DNA of 45,377 bases. Origin: an uncultured bacterium (GTDB lineage Bacteria; Pseudomonadota; Alphaproteobacteria; Sphingomonadales; Sphingomonadaceae). Below the pieces are notes generated by a model. The model ran no database searches. It saw only the letters and a program-made list of their open reading frames with translations, and was not told the origin of the DNA. Both the position numbers and the translations under genes were made by a program. The stretch spans positions 1 through 45,377 of the forward strand of contig CBHWED010000001.1 of assembly GCA_966112795.1 (NCBI GenBank), in the 5' to 3' direction. Of the stretch, positions 26,405-35,805 are shown piece by piece. Each line of letters opens with the position of its first letter. Within the stretch, counting starts at the first letter, position 1.

Positions 26405-27436
26405 ATGCAGCAGATGAGGGCTGTGACCCTTTCGGGTTATGTCGAAGTGGCGCAGTCCGTCGGTCTCGATGGCGTGCGGCTGCTGCGCCAGGCGGGCATT
26501 GCGCTCGAGATGCTCGAGGATCCCGAGAACCGGCTTCCCGCCGGTGCGGTGGTCCGGCTGCTCGAGCGCTCGGCCGAGGATTCGGGTTGCGAGAGCTTCG
26601 CCCTGCTGATGGCCGAGCGGCGGACGTTCGCCAGCCTCGGCCCGGTCAGCCTGCTGCTCGAGCGGCTGCCCAACTTGCGCGCGGTGGTCCGCGCGAGCAT
26701 CGTGTTCCAGCGCCACCTCAACGACGTGGTCACGATCGCGCTCGAGGACGATGACGAGACTTGCCTGGTCAAGCTCGACCTGTGGCCCGAGTACTGGGGC
26801 GCGCAGATGCTCGACCTGCTGGTGGGCATTGCCTACCAGGTCCTCACCGGGGCCTCGGGCGGGCGGTGGAAGCCGGCCTGCGTGCACACGATGCGCAAGC
26901 CGCCCAACGATCTCAGCGTGTGGCGGCGGATGTTCCCCGGATCGATCGAGTTCGAGGCCAACTTCAGTGGCTTCTCGTGCTCGAGCCAGTCGATGCTGAT
27001 CCCCAATGCGCTGGCCGACGAGGAGATGGCGCGCAACGCTCACCACTTGCTGCGCCTGCTGCCGCTGATGAGCGGGCCCGAGCCGATCGGCGACAAGGTC
27101 CGCCGGACGATCACGCTGCTGCTGCCGAGCGGGCGTGCGACCGTCGACCAGGTCGCGGCGCAGCTCGGGCTCAGCGCGCGCAGCCTGCAGCGTCGGCTCG
27201 ACGAGGAAGGGCTGCATTTCGCGGAGCTGCTCAGCGGGGTGCGGCAGGATCTCGCCACCGCCTACCTCGCCAACTCGGCGCGGCCCGTGACCTCGGTCGC
27301 TGCGCTGCTCGGCTATTCCTCGCCGAGCTCGTTCACGCGCTGGTTTGCCGGATCGTTCGGCGTGGCCCCGCAAGTCTGGCGGGCCAACCACCGTGACCGC
27401 GACAGGACCGGGCCGCCGCCGGTGTGGCGGCGCTAG
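26405..27436 (+). CDS. AraC family regulator (OruR-like N-terminal domain)
   Basis: C-terminal 'VAAQLGLSARSLQRRL..EG..F ... VA.LLGYS.PSSF.RWF...FG..P..WR'; GAGGAG RBS. Confidence 0.9.
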   Translation: MQQMRAVTLSGYVEVAQSVGLDGVRLLRQAGIALEMLEDPENRLPAGAVVRLLERSAEDSGCESFALLMAERRTFASLGPVSLLLERLPNLRAVVRASIVFQRHLNDVVTIALEDDDETCLVKLDLWPEYWGAQMLDLLVGIAYQVLTGASGGRWKPACVHTMRKPPNDLSVWRRMFPGSIEFEANFSGFSCSSQSMLIPNALADEEMARNAHHLLRLLPLMSGPEPIGDKVRRTITLLLPSGRATVDQVAAQLGLSARSLQRRLDEEGLHFAELLSGVRQDLATAYLANSARPVTSVAALLGYSSPSSFTRWFAGSFGVAPQVWRANHRDRDRTGPPPVWRR

Positions 27437-27846
27437 CCGTCGGTGCGCGCCGGCGCGGCGAGCGGGAAGAACGGGATCGCCACCTCGAACAGCGTGCCGT
27501 CGGCGCGGGCGAAGCTGTAGTGGCCTTCCATCGACCCGCGGTTGGTCATCAGCTCGCAGCCGGAGACATAGTCGTAGGTCTGGCCGGGGGCGAGCAGCGG
27601 GGTCTCGCCGACCACGCCTTCGCCATCGACGATGTTCACCATCCCGCGCGAATCGGTGATGCGCCAGTGGCGCGTACGCAGGCGGATCGCATCATCGCGG
27701 TGGTTCTCGATGCGGATATGATAGACCCAGAACCAGCGCCGCGCCTCGCTGCGGGACTCATCGGGCATGAAGTTGACGGCCACGCGCACGGTGACCCCGG
27801 CGGTCATCGCCGCATGCTGGAACAGACCGGCAAGCACGTCCTGCAT
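27433..27846 (-). CDS. apaG: ApaG protein
   Basis: 'Y.IRIEN......L..RHW.ITD..G....V.GEGVVGE.P.L.PG..Y.Y.SG..L....GSM.G.Y'. Confidence 0.93.
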   Translation of the reverse strand: MQDVLAGLFQHAAMTAGVTVRVAVNFMPDESRSEARRWFWVYHIRIENHRDDAIRLRTRHWRITDSRGMVNIVDGEGVVGETPLLAPGQTYDYVSGCELMTNRGSMEGHYSFARADGTLFEVAIPFFPLAAPARTDG

Positions 27847-27958
27847 GCGCTCAGCGTAACCGCATTGAAGCGAGCGGGCAAAGGAGATGCGGCAGATTGC
27901 AGGGGAATCTCTGCACGAGGCCGCGCGGCGCAGGGGGATACATAGTGCAAAGTCCTTC

Positions 27959-27991
27959 TTGCGAGTGATTATCACTCGCGATAGTCTCGCA
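27959..27991. promoter_or_regulatory. Perfect 9-1-9 palindrome, putative Fur-type operator
   Basis: GCGAGTGAT-T-ATCACTCGC at 27961-27979, about 40 nt upstream of the ATG at 28019, followed by a partial unit GATAGTCTCGCA. Confidence 0.6.
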
Positions 27992-28018
27992 CAGTTACCG
28001 GCGAGAAGGAGAGACTCG

Positions 28019-28441
28019 ATGACCATGCCCGGCGGCGCCTGCCTGCTTCCGCTGCCCCTCCCCGACGGGCGGATCGAACGCTCGGTGCTGTTCGCAGTAC
28101 GCCGCATGGCCGCCCACGGCGTGCGCGACGTGAGCGCGGCCTGGCTGATCCTCGACGTGTTCAGCACCGGTTTCAGGCGCCCGCTGGTGCTGCTGCGCGC
28201 GTTCATGCTCGAGCTCGCGCACGCCGCGACCGGCCCGATCCGAATGGCCCCGTGCTGCGCGCCGCGGATGACCGAGCACGAGGGGCTGATTCTGCTCGCG
28301 CTGTTCGGCGCGGCGGGCGATCTCGCCGCGGCCGAGGACGCGCTGGCGGAGCTGACCGGCCGCGTAGAAGTGTTCGAGCCACTCTCCGCCGCGGCGGTGT
28401 TCGGGCGGGCGATCGGCGAGCAAGCTCGAGTGGCAGGTTAG
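28019..28441 (+). CDS. Hypothetical protein (possibly DUF6628-like)
   Basis: AAGGAGA RBS; 'RRMAAHG..D..AA ... F.RPLVLLRAFM.E.A......I..APCC.PRMT..E'. Confidence 0.75.
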   Translation: MTMPGGACLLPLPLPDGRIERSVLFAVRRMAAHGVRDVSAAWLILDVFSTGFRRPLVLLRAFMLELAHAATGPIRMAPCCAPRMTEHEGLILLALFGAAGDLAAAEDALAELTGRVEVFEPLSAAAVFGRAIGEQARVAG

Positions 28442-28448
28442 CGACGCC

Positions 28449-28721
28449 TCAAGGCCGCCGCGTCGGCGTATCGCTCAGTTGCCAGTCTTCGCCGGCGAGC
28501 GCGAGGTGACCTTGCCAGTCCTGCCACTCGCGCCCGTCGCGCTGGCGCCAGCGGCAGGCGACTTCGTCTCCGTCCGACGGTTCGCAGGCGATGTGGGTGA
28601 TGTCGGTCGACGCCGCGGGGGCGCGGCCGCCGAGCGCGCGGGCGAGCTCGTCGCGGGTCGGCGTCGGGGTGGCGGCGCAGGCGCCGGTCAGCAGGACCAG
28701 CAGGAGCGCCGCCCGCCTCAC
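28449..28721 (-). CDS. Small lipoprotein
   Basis: GTG start overlaps the metZ stop (GTGA); VRRAALLLVLLTGAC lipobox; a further Cys pair. Confidence 0.7.
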   Translation of the reverse strand: MRRAALLLVLLTGACAATPTPTRDELARALGGRAPAASTDITHIACEPSDGDEVACRWRQRDGREWQDWQGHLALAGEDWQLSDTPTRRP

Positions 28722-29923
28722 AGCCCGGCCGTCCTGAGCGCCTGATCGAGGTCGTCGATCACGTCGTCGGGATCCTCGAGGCCGACATTGAGCCGCAGCA
28801 TGCCTTCGCTCACGCCCATCTCCTCGCGCGCTTCGGCGCTCACCGAATAATGCGTGGTCGAGGCATTGTGGCACATCAGCGAGCGCGAATCCCCGATGTT
28901 GTTCGAGATGTCGATCAGCTCGAGCGCGTTGAGCACCGCGAACGCCTGGTCGCGGCCGTCGACCTCGAACGAGAAGATCGGACCGCAGGCGTCCATCTGC
29001 TGCATCGCCAGGTTGTGCTGCGGGTGGCTCGGCAGCGCCGGGAAATTGATCCGCGGCACGCGCCCTTCGAGGAAGCGGCCGACCTTGAGCGCGTTCTCGC
29101 TCTGCCGGTGCGCGCGCAAGTCGAGCGTCTCGAGGCCCTTGAGCACGACCCAGGCGTTGAACGGCGACAGGTTCGGCCCGGTGTGGCGCTGCATCGCCAG
29201 CAGCTTGTCGTTGATGAACTCCGCCGACCCGCAGACCGCGCCGGCGAGCACCCGGCCCTGCCCGTCCATCAGCTTGGTCGCCGAGTAGGCGACGACGTCG
29301 GCCCCGAACTCGAGCGGGCGCTGCAGCGCCGCGGTGGCGAAGGCGTTGTCGACCACGCTCACGATCCCGTGCTCGCGCGCGAGCCCGCACACGAACTTGA
29401 GGTCGACCACGTCCATCGTCGGGTTGGCCGGGGTCTCGAAGAAGAACACCTTGGTGTTCGGCCGGATCGCGTCGACCCACGCCTGGTTGTCGCGCGCGTC
29501 GATCGTGGTCGAGGTGATCCCGAAGCGCGGCAGCAGCTGGTCGACGAGCCAGCGGCACGAGCCGAACGCGGCGCGGCCGGCGACGACGTGATCGCCCTGG
29601 CTGAGCTGGCACAGCAGCGCCATGGTCATCGCCGCCATCCCGGTCGACTGGACGCGGCAGGCTTCGGCCCCTTCCATCGCCGCGATGCGCTCCTCGAGCA
29701 TCGCCACGGTCGGGTTCTGCAGCCGCGAGTAGGTCATGCCCGGGTCTTCGCCGCGGAACCGCGCGGCGGCGGTCTCGGCGTCGTCGTAGGCATAGCCCGA
29801 GGTCAGGAACAGCGCCTCGCTGGTCTCGCCGAAGTCGGAGCGCCGGGTGCCGGCACGGATCGCGCGGGTTTGCGGGCGCCACCTGGAGGTGATCGATCGG
29901 TCGGTTCCGGTGGTCTTCTTCAT
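28718..29923 (-). CDS. metZ: O-succinylhomoserine sulfhydrylase (trans-sulfuration PLP enzyme)
   Basis: RS.FGETSEALFLTSG, YSRLQNPT, FETPANP, VVDNAFA, PLP-Lys motif YSATK.MDGQGR, ISNN.GD.RS, RL.VGLED. Confidence 0.9.
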   Translation of the reverse strand: MKKTTGTDRSITSRWRPQTRAIRAGTRRSDFGETSEALFLTSGYAYDDAETAAARFRGEDPGMTYSRLQNPTVAMLEERIAAMEGAEACRVQSTGMAAMTMALLCQLSQGDHVVAGRAAFGSCRWLVDQLLPRFGITSTTIDARDNQAWVDAIRPNTKVFFFETPANPTMDVVDLKFVCGLAREHGIVSVVDNAFATAALQRPLEFGADVVAYSATKLMDGQGRVLAGAVCGSAEFINDKLLAMQRHTGPNLSPFNAWVVLKGLETLDLRAHRQSENALKVGRFLEGRVPRINFPALPSHPQHNLAMQQMDACGPIFSFEVDGRDQAFAVLNALELIDISNNIGDSRSLMCHNASTTHYSVSAEAREEMGVSEGMLRLNVGLEDPDDVIDDLDQALRTAGL

Positions 29924-30072
29924 CGTGCCGAGCCTCTAGGTCCGCAGAGCGGGCCCGCGCAACGAAAAAGCGGGACGGCAAGGGCTCACCGCGCCTCGGC
30001 GTCCGTGCCATGCAACGGGTTCGACCACTGACGCTTGCCTCGCCCGCCGCGGCTCCGTAAGGGCCCGCCGCG

Positions 30073-31368
30073 ATGAGCCCGACGGCAGTGCACCCCCCGT
30101 ACCATTCGCGTGATCCGATCGGCTGGACCGTGGCGGTGACGCTCGGCTTCTCCCTGCTGTGCCTCGTGCGGCTGACCATTCCGACCACGCCGTTCTTCGA
30201 CGAGATCCACTACCTGCCCGCCGCGCGCGCCGTGCTCGAGCTGTCGAAGCCGCTCAACCCCGAGCATCCGCCGCTCGGCAAGGAAATCCTCGCGCTCGGC
30301 ATCGCGCTGTTCGGCGACAAGGCGCTCGGCTGGCGGATCATGCCGGTGCTGTTCGGCACGCTCGGGTTGTTCGCGGCGATGCGGGCGATGTGGTTCGCCA
30401 GCGCCTCGCGCTTCGCCGCGATCGTGCTCGGCGTGTTGCTGGTGACCGCGTTCCCGCTGCTCGTGCAGTCGCGCATTGCCATGCTCGACATTTTCATGAC
30501 CAGCTTTGCCCTCGTCGCGATGTGGCAATGCGCCGGAGCCGTGCGCGAACCCGAGACGGCGCGCCGGCGGCTGGCGATCGCCGGTGTCGCGCTCGGGCTG
30601 TCGATGGCCTCGAAGTGGAACGCGATCCCCGTCGCCGTGCTGCCCGGCCTCGCCTTCCTCGTCGTGCGGGTCCGCACCGCCGGGTGGCAGGCGCTGACTT
30701 CGCGGCGCGGCGCGCCGGTGCCGGGCATGACGCTGATCGAGGCCGGGCTGTGGCTCGGGCTGGTGCCGATCCTGACTTACGCCGCGAGCTACTGGCCGAA
30801 CTTCTTTTACGCCGAGCGCTCGATCTCGCCGCTCGGGCTGATCGAATGGCACCGCCACATGTTCGACCTGCAGGAACAGGTGGTGAAGCCGCACACCTAC
30901 ATGAGCGTGTGGTACGAATGGGTCAGCAACTGGCGCGCGATCTGGTACCTCTACGAGGTGATCGACGGTGCGCAGCGCGGCGTGCTGATGATCGGCAATC
31001 CGCTGACCACGCTGATCGGCGTGCCGGCGATGGCCTGGTGCGCCTGGGCCGGCGTGCGGCACCGGCGGTGGGACGCGCTGGCGGTCGTCGTGCTCTACGC
31101 GGCGAGCTTCGGGATGTGGATCGTCGCGCCCAAGCCGGTGCAGTTCTACTACCACTACTTCCTGCCCGGCTGCTTCCTGATGGCCGGCCTCGCGCTGGCG
31201 CTCGACGAGCTGTGGCGGCGTGGGGGACGCTGGGGGAAACGCGCGGTGGTGCTGGTGCTGCTCGTCGCCTGTGGGCTGTTCGCCTACTTCTGGCCGATCC
31301 TGACCGCTGCCCCGCTCGACGACGGGCGGGCGTTCCTCGACTACGCGTGGCTCAACAGCTGGCGCTGA
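30073..31368 (+). CDS. GT39/PMT-family polyprenol-phosphate-sugar:protein glycosyltransferase
   Basis: FFDEIHY (DE loop), EHPPLGK, GWR, SRIAMLDIF, ASKW, HTYMS.W.EW, IGNP, QFYYHY; many TM segments. Confidence 0.85.
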   Translation: MSPTAVHPPYHSRDPIGWTVAVTLGFSLLCLVRLTIPTTPFFDEIHYLPAARAVLELSKPLNPEHPPLGKEILALGIALFGDKALGWRIMPVLFGTLGLFAAMRAMWFASASRFAAIVLGVLLVTAFPLLVQSRIAMLDIFMTSFALVAMWQCAGAVREPETARRRLAIAGVALGLSMASKWNAIPVAVLPGLAFLVVRVRTAGWQALTSRRGAPVPGMTLIEAGLWLGLVPILTYAASYWPNFFYAERSISPLGLIEWHRHMFDLQEQVVKPHTYMSVWYEWVSNWRAIWYLYEVIDGAQRGVLMIGNPLTTLIGVPAMAWCAWAGVRHRRWDALAVVVLYAASFGMWIVAPKPVQFYYHYFLPGCFLMAGLALALDELWRRGGRWGKRAVVLVLLVACGLFAYFWPILTAAPLDDGRAFLDYAWLNSWR

Positions 31369-32502
31369 TCAGCCGAAGCGGCCCCAGACGAAGCGGCTCG
31401 ACAGCGCGTAGTTCCACACCGAGCCGATGACGATCCCGCTGAGCGCGGCCGGATAAGTGTGAACTCCGAAGCGCACCAGCGCCGCGGCCACGCCGATGTT
31501 GGCGAGCAGGCCGACCGAGCAGGTCAGCGCGAACTTGAGCCAGCCGCGCAGCAGCGCCGCCGGGCCGCTCAGGCGCTGGTCGGCATAAGTCAGCACGTTG
31601 TTGAGCGTGAAGTTGAAGGTCATGGCCACGAGCGCGGCGAGCGTCTGGCCGACCTCGAAATCGGTGATCAGGTGCTCCTTGAAGCTTCCGCCGAACACCG
31701 TGAGGAACGCCGAGAGCACGGCCATGTGCACGACCACGCCGGCCGCGCCGATCGTGCCGAACAGCGCGAAGCGGGTCGGGATGATCCGGCCGAGCCACTT
31801 GTCGTAGAGGCCGACGAGGAATTCGAACACCACGGTATGGTCCAGTTTGCTTTCGCCTTCGGCGCGGGCCGCGAAGTGCAGCGGGAATTCCTTGACCCGC
31901 AACGGCGCGTCGACGGTGGCGAGGATGTCGAGCAGGATCTTGAAGCCGATGCCCGAGAGGCGCGGCGCGTCGCGCCGTAGCGTCTCGGTGCGCAGCATGA
32001 AGTAGCCGCTCATCGGATCGGTCAGCGCGACGCCAGTGACCTTGCGGGCGAGCTTGTTGGCCAGAGCCGAGGCCTTCTCGCGGTCGGGCCGGTTCCACGC
32101 GTCCATGCTCGCGCCCTCGGCGAAGCGCGAGGCGACTGCGATGTCGTAGTCGCCCGACTGAACCGCCGCGAGCATCTGCGGCAGCAGCGCCGGGTCGTGC
32201 TGGTGGTCGGCGTCCATCACCGCGACGACCGGCGCCGCGGTGGCGCACATGCCCTCTATCGCCGCGCTGGCGAGACCCCGCCGGCCGAAGCGCTGGAGCA
32301 CGCGGATGCGCGGATCGGCGGCGGCGATGCGGCGTGCCTCGTCGGCGGTGCCGTCCTTGCTGTCGTCGTCGACGAAGATCGCTTCCCAGCCCGACGTGCC
32401 GAGCGCGGCCTCGAGCTTGTCGACCATCGGCGCGATATTGGCGCGCTCGTTGTAAGTCGGCAGGACGACCGCAAGTTGCAGGCCGGGCTCAGAGCCGCTC
32501 AA
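31369..32502 (-). CDS. GT2 polyprenol-phosphate mannose synthase-like (DPM1) fused to GtrA-like domain
   Basis: [50 protein letters not shown]; C-terminal GtrA pattern 'RFAL.G..G ... NF.LNN..T ... WNY.LS..FVW'. Confidence 0.9.
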   Translation of the reverse strand: MSGSEPGLQLAVVLPTYNERANIAPMVDKLEAALGTSGWEAIFVDDDSKDGTADEARRIAAADPRIRVLQRFGRRGLASAAIEGMCATAAPVVAVMDADHQHDPALLPQMLAAVQSGDYDIAVASRFAEGASMDAWNRPDREKASALANKLARKVTGVALTDPMSGYFMLRTETLRRDAPRLSGIGFKILLDILATVDAPLRVKEFPLHFAARAEGESKLDHTVVFEFLVGLYDKWLGRIIPTRFALFGTIGAAGVVVHMAVLSAFLTVFGGSFKEHLITDFEVGQTLAALVAMTFNFTLNNVLTYADQRLSGPAALLRGWLKFALTCSVGLLANIGVAAALVRFGVHTYPAALSGIVIGSVWNYALSSRFVWGRFG

Positions 32503-33547
32503 GGACCGCCTCGCCGATCGCGCGGGTGCCGGCGTTGCCGCCGAGATCCGCGCCCTTGATCCCGTCGGCCAGCGCCTGGGCCACCGCCGCCTCGACCCGT
32601 GCCGCCTCGGCCTCGCGCCCGAACGAGTGGCGCAGCATCATCGCCAGGCTCAGGATCATCGCCATCGGGTTGGCCTTGCCCTGCCCGGCGATGTCGGGCG
32701 CCGAGCCGTGGATCGGCTCGTAGAGGCCCTTGGTGCCCCACTGCGTCTGCTGCTCGCCGAGCGAGGCACTGGCGAGCAGGCCGATCGAGCCGACGCACAT
32801 CGAAGCCTGGTCCGAGAGGATGTCGCCGAACAGGTTGCCGGTAACGACGACGTCGAACTGCCCGGGATTGCGCACGAGCTGCATCGCGGCGTTGTCGACG
32901 TACATGTGGCTGAGCTCGACGTCGGGGTATTCGGCGGAAACCTCGATCACCACGTCGCGCCACAGCTGGCTGGTCTCGAGCACGTTGGCCTTGTCGACGC
33001 TGCACAGCCGCTTCTGCCGGCCCTGCGCGGCCTTGAAGCCGACGTGGGCGATGCGCCGGACCTCGTCCTCGGCGTAGGACATGAAGTCGAACCCCTGGCG
33101 GCGGCCGTCGTCGAGCGTGCGGATCGCCTTCTCGCCGAAATAGACGTCGCCGTTGAGCTCGCGGACGATGAGCAGGTCGATCGCGCGGGCGACTTCGGGG
33201 CGCAGGGCCGACAGGTCCTCGAGACCGGGGAACATCGTCGCCGGGCGCAAGTTGGCGAACAGGCCGAGCGCCTGGCGCAAGCCGAGAATCGCCTGCTCGG
33301 GACGCAGATGACGCTCGAGCGCGTCGCACGACGGATCGCCGACCGCGCCGAACAGCACCGCATCGGCAGCTTTGGCCAGCTCGAGCGTCTCGGGCGGGAG
33401 CGGGTGGCCGTGGCGGTGATAGCCCACACCGCCGACGTCGGCATCCCACACCTCGACCCCGGGCAGCTCGAGCGCGTCGAGCACCCGGCGCGCCTCGGCC
33501 ATGATCTCGGGGCCGATCCCGTCACCGGCGAGGCATGCGATCTTCAT
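32489..33547 (-). CDS. leuB: 3-isopropylmalate dehydrogenase
   Basis: [67 protein letters not shown]. Confidence 0.96.
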   Translation of the reverse strand: MKIACLAGDGIGPEIMAEARRVLDALELPGVEVWDADVGGVGYHRHGHPLPPETLELAKAADAVLFGAVGDPSCDALERHLRPEQAILGLRQALGLFANLRPATMFPGLEDLSALRPEVARAIDLLIVRELNGDVYFGEKAIRTLDDGRRQGFDFMSYAEDEVRRIAHVGFKAAQGRQKRLCSVDKANVLETSQLWRDVVIEVSAEYPDVELSHMYVDNAAMQLVRNPGQFDVVVTGNLFGDILSDQASMCVGSIGLLASASLGEQQTQWGTKGLYEPIHGSAPDIAGQGKANPMAMILSLAMMLRHSFGREAEAARVEAAVAQALADGIKGADLGGNAGTRAIGEAVLERL

Positions 33548-34137
33548 ATCCGTCCCAATAGTTCCCTGAGGCGCGAGCGCGCGGCCATAACATCGCCGCG
33601 CCGGTCGGCAAGCAGGTAGTGATCGAGATGCACCGCGAGCCGGTCCATCGCGGCGAGGCTCTGGGCGAAGTCGGCTTGCGACGGCGGGCTGCCGCCGTAG
33701 CCGAGTTCGCGCAGCAGCAGCGTCTCGTAGCCGACCAGCGCCGCCGCCCAGCCGCGCGCCGAAGGGGCGTGGCAGATCGCCGTGAGCAGGCCGGACAAGG
33801 CCTGATAGAGCGTCGGATAGCGCTGGCGCTCGGGCAAGGCGGTGGCGGTGAGCGCCGCGGCCCAGCCGATCGCCGCGGCCGGCAGCGGCTCGCCGAGCCA
33901 GGGGCCGCGGCTTTCGAGCAGCTCGAGCTTGGCGAACGGAAGCTGGCTGTCCGAGCGGGCGCTGAGCTGCAGCTCGACGAGGTTGCCGGGGATCACCACC
34001 GGGCGGAGCTGGCGCCCGCGGCCGCCGGCGACGTAGCCGGCGACGACGCCGTGCTCCTCGGTCAGCAGGCGCGCGACGACCGCGGTCTCGCCGTGGGCGC
34101 GGGCGGCGAGCAGGATCGCGGGGGCGCGCAAGTGCAT
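33544..34137 (-). CDS. recO: DNA repair protein RecO
   Basis: 'AILLAAR.HGE...V..LLTEEHG...GYV.GG', 'LPER..YP.LY', 'E..LL.ELGYG'; overlaps the leuB start by 4 nt (ATGA). Confidence 0.9.
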   Translation of the reverse strand: MHLRAPAILLAARAHGETAVVARLLTEEHGVVAGYVAGGRGRQLRPVVIPGNLVELQLSARSDSQLPFAKLELLESRGPWLGEPLPAAAIGWAAALTATALPERQRYPTLYQALSGLLTAICHAPSARGWAAALVGYETLLLRELGYGGSPPSQADFAQSLAAMDRLAVHLDHYLLADRRGDVMAARSRLRELLGRI

Positions 34138-34153
34138 CGGTGCGGTCTACGCG

Positions 34154-34282
34154 ATCCTACCCCGACGAGGGAGGGGGACCCTGCGAAGCATGGTGGAGGG
34201 GCACCCTCGACAGACACTACGCCCACCGAGGGTGCCGCTCCACCACCCTGCGGGTGGTCCCCCTCCCCGCTTCGGGGAGGAT
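34154..34282. repeat. Complete ~129-bp palindromic REP-doublet/MITE-like element
   Basis: Ends ATCCT...AGGAT. Inner arms GGTGGAGGGGCACCCTCG (34192-34209) and CGAGGGTGCCGCTCCACC (34227-34244) are inverted with one mismatch. GGGAGGGGGACC pairs with GGTCCCCCTCCC. Confidence 0.82.
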
Positions 34283-34286
34283 GACC

Positions 34287-34799
34287 TCAGAGCTGCTCGG
34301 GCATCCCGAGGTGCTGGAGGTAGTCGGGCTTGCCCAGCGAAATCCCCTGCGCGCGCAGGATCGCGTAGGCCGTGGTGGCGTGGAAATAGAAGTTCGGCAG
34401 CGCGAAGCGGCGCAAGTAGTCGCCGCCGGCGAAGCGATATCCCATCCCGCTCGGGAACTTGATCTGCACCTCGCGCTCCTCGCTCCCCGCGAGCGCCGAC
34501 GGATCGACGCCCTCGATGAAGGCGATGGTCTTGTCGCAGCGGGCCTGCAGCTCGGCGAAAGTGGTTTCGGTGTCGGGCATCACCGGGGCGTCGATGCCGG
34601 CCAGCCGGGCGATCGCGTTCTTCGCCGAGTCCGAGGCGAACTGGTACTGCGCGGTGAGCGGCTTCATGTCCTCGGCCAGACGCGCCTCGACCAGCGCCGC
34701 CGGGTCGCCTTCGCTCGCCGCCTTATCGAGCCAGGCGCGCATGTTCTTGAGCGTGCTGACGAAGACCGGGGCGGAAGCGTCGTAGATGGTGAAGCTCAT
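34287..34799 (-). CDS. DUF1993 family protein
   Basis: 'ARLA.DM.PL..Q...A.D.A', 'D.E.TF.EL..R...T', 'LPNFYFH.TTAY.ILR..G..LGK.DYL'. Confidence 0.9.
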   Translation of the reverse strand: MSFTIYDASAPVFVSTLKNMRAWLDKAASEGDPAALVEARLAEDMKPLTAQYQFASDSAKNAIARLAGIDAPVMPDTETTFAELQARCDKTIAFIEGVDPSALAGSEEREVQIKFPSGMGYRFAGGDYLRRFALPNFYFHATTAYAILRAQGISLGKPDYLQHLGMPEQL

Positions 34800-34871
34800 T
34801 CGGGTCCTCCGATGGATCGGTCGAGCGCAGGCCGCGGGACGCGGCTGCCGGCGGCGTTTGGTGGTGCAGGG

Positions 34872-35120
34872 TTACTTGGGAAGCTTGGCCTCGAGCGCGG
34901 CGATGCGCGCCTCGAGCCTGGCGCTATCCTCGCGCGCGCGGCTCGCCATGTCCTTGACCGCGTCGAACTCCTCGCGGCTGACGAAGTCGAGCCCGCCGAG
35001 GGCCTCCTTCATCCGCTCGCGCGCGCCTTCGCGTGCCTCGCGGGTCATCCCGGCGAGCGTGCCGGCGGCGCTGTTGGCGAGCTTGACGAAGTCGGCGATG
35101 ATCGGGTTGTCGCTTTGCAT
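34872..35120 (-). CDS. ubiK: Accessory factor UbiK/BMFP family protein
   Basis: 'LDFVSREEFDAVK.MA..AR.....L.ARI.ALEA'. Confidence 0.82.
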   Translation of the reverse strand: MQSDNPIIADFVKLANSAAGTLAGMTREAREGARERMKEALGGLDFVSREEFDAVKDMASRAREDSARLEARIAALEAKLPK

Positions 35121-35157
35121 GGCGGCCTCTCTGGTCCGAGCCTCGGGCGAGCGCAAG

Positions 35158-35715
35158 CTAAAGCTCGATCCGCTGCACCGCGTTCGACACGCCCCGCGCG
35201 CCGTCGGCATCGGGGTTGAGCTGAAGGAACTGCCAGTTGAGCAGCGTCGCGAACAGGATCCAGGCGACGTAGGGCAGCAGTAGCAGCCCGGCCACGCGGC
35301 GGACCTTCCAGAACAACACCAGCGTGAGGATTACCGCGAGGTCGAGCGCAACGAGGATCCACAGCGCCAGCGTGATTTGATGCTCGCCGAAGAACACCGG
35401 CGACCAGGCGAGGTTGAGCGCTAACTGGAGCACGAACGCGAGGATTGCCGGCAGCCGGTAGCGCGCGCGCCAGGCGGCGCAGACCAGCGCCAGCGCAAAA
35501 CCCATGAGCGCGTAGAGCACGGGCCAGACTATTGCGAAGGTGACCGGCGGCGGGAACGTCGCCGGCTTGTCGAGCGCCGCGAACCACGGGTTGTCCGCCG
35601 TGCTGCCTGCGTATTGGCCGGACAGGAACCCGAGCAGCATCACTGCCGGGACCAGGAACAGCGCCCAGCGCAAGACGCTGGCGCGAAGTTGGGCAGGCGA
35701 GGCGAGGCGGTTCAA
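35158..35715 (-). CDS. tspO: TspO/MBR family membrane protein
   Basis: 'WF..L.KP..FPP...F..VW..LY..MG', 'QLALNLAWSPVFFG', 'LLLPY..W..FA..LN'. Confidence 0.92.
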   Translation of the reverse strand: MNRLASPAQLRASVLRWALFLVPAVMLLGFLSGQYAGSTADNPWFAALDKPATFPPPVTFAIVWPVLYALMGFALALVCAAWRARYRLPAILAFVLQLALNLAWSPVFFGEHQITLALWILVALDLAVILTLVLFWKVRRVAGLLLLPYVAWILFATLLNWQFLQLNPDADGARGVSNAVQRIEL

Positions 35716-35805
35716 GGACGGCTCCCTTCGACGAATCGGCAGCGGTATGGCGGCGCGGACCGCACGACGCAACGTGGCGCGCGTGTCGGTCTCGTTTCGG
35801 GAGCG

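Noticed and set aside
29924-30072. SAM riboswitch upstream of metZ
   Set aside because: No recognisable SAM-II/SAM-alpha or SAM-SAH consensus by eye; an Rfam scan would be needed.
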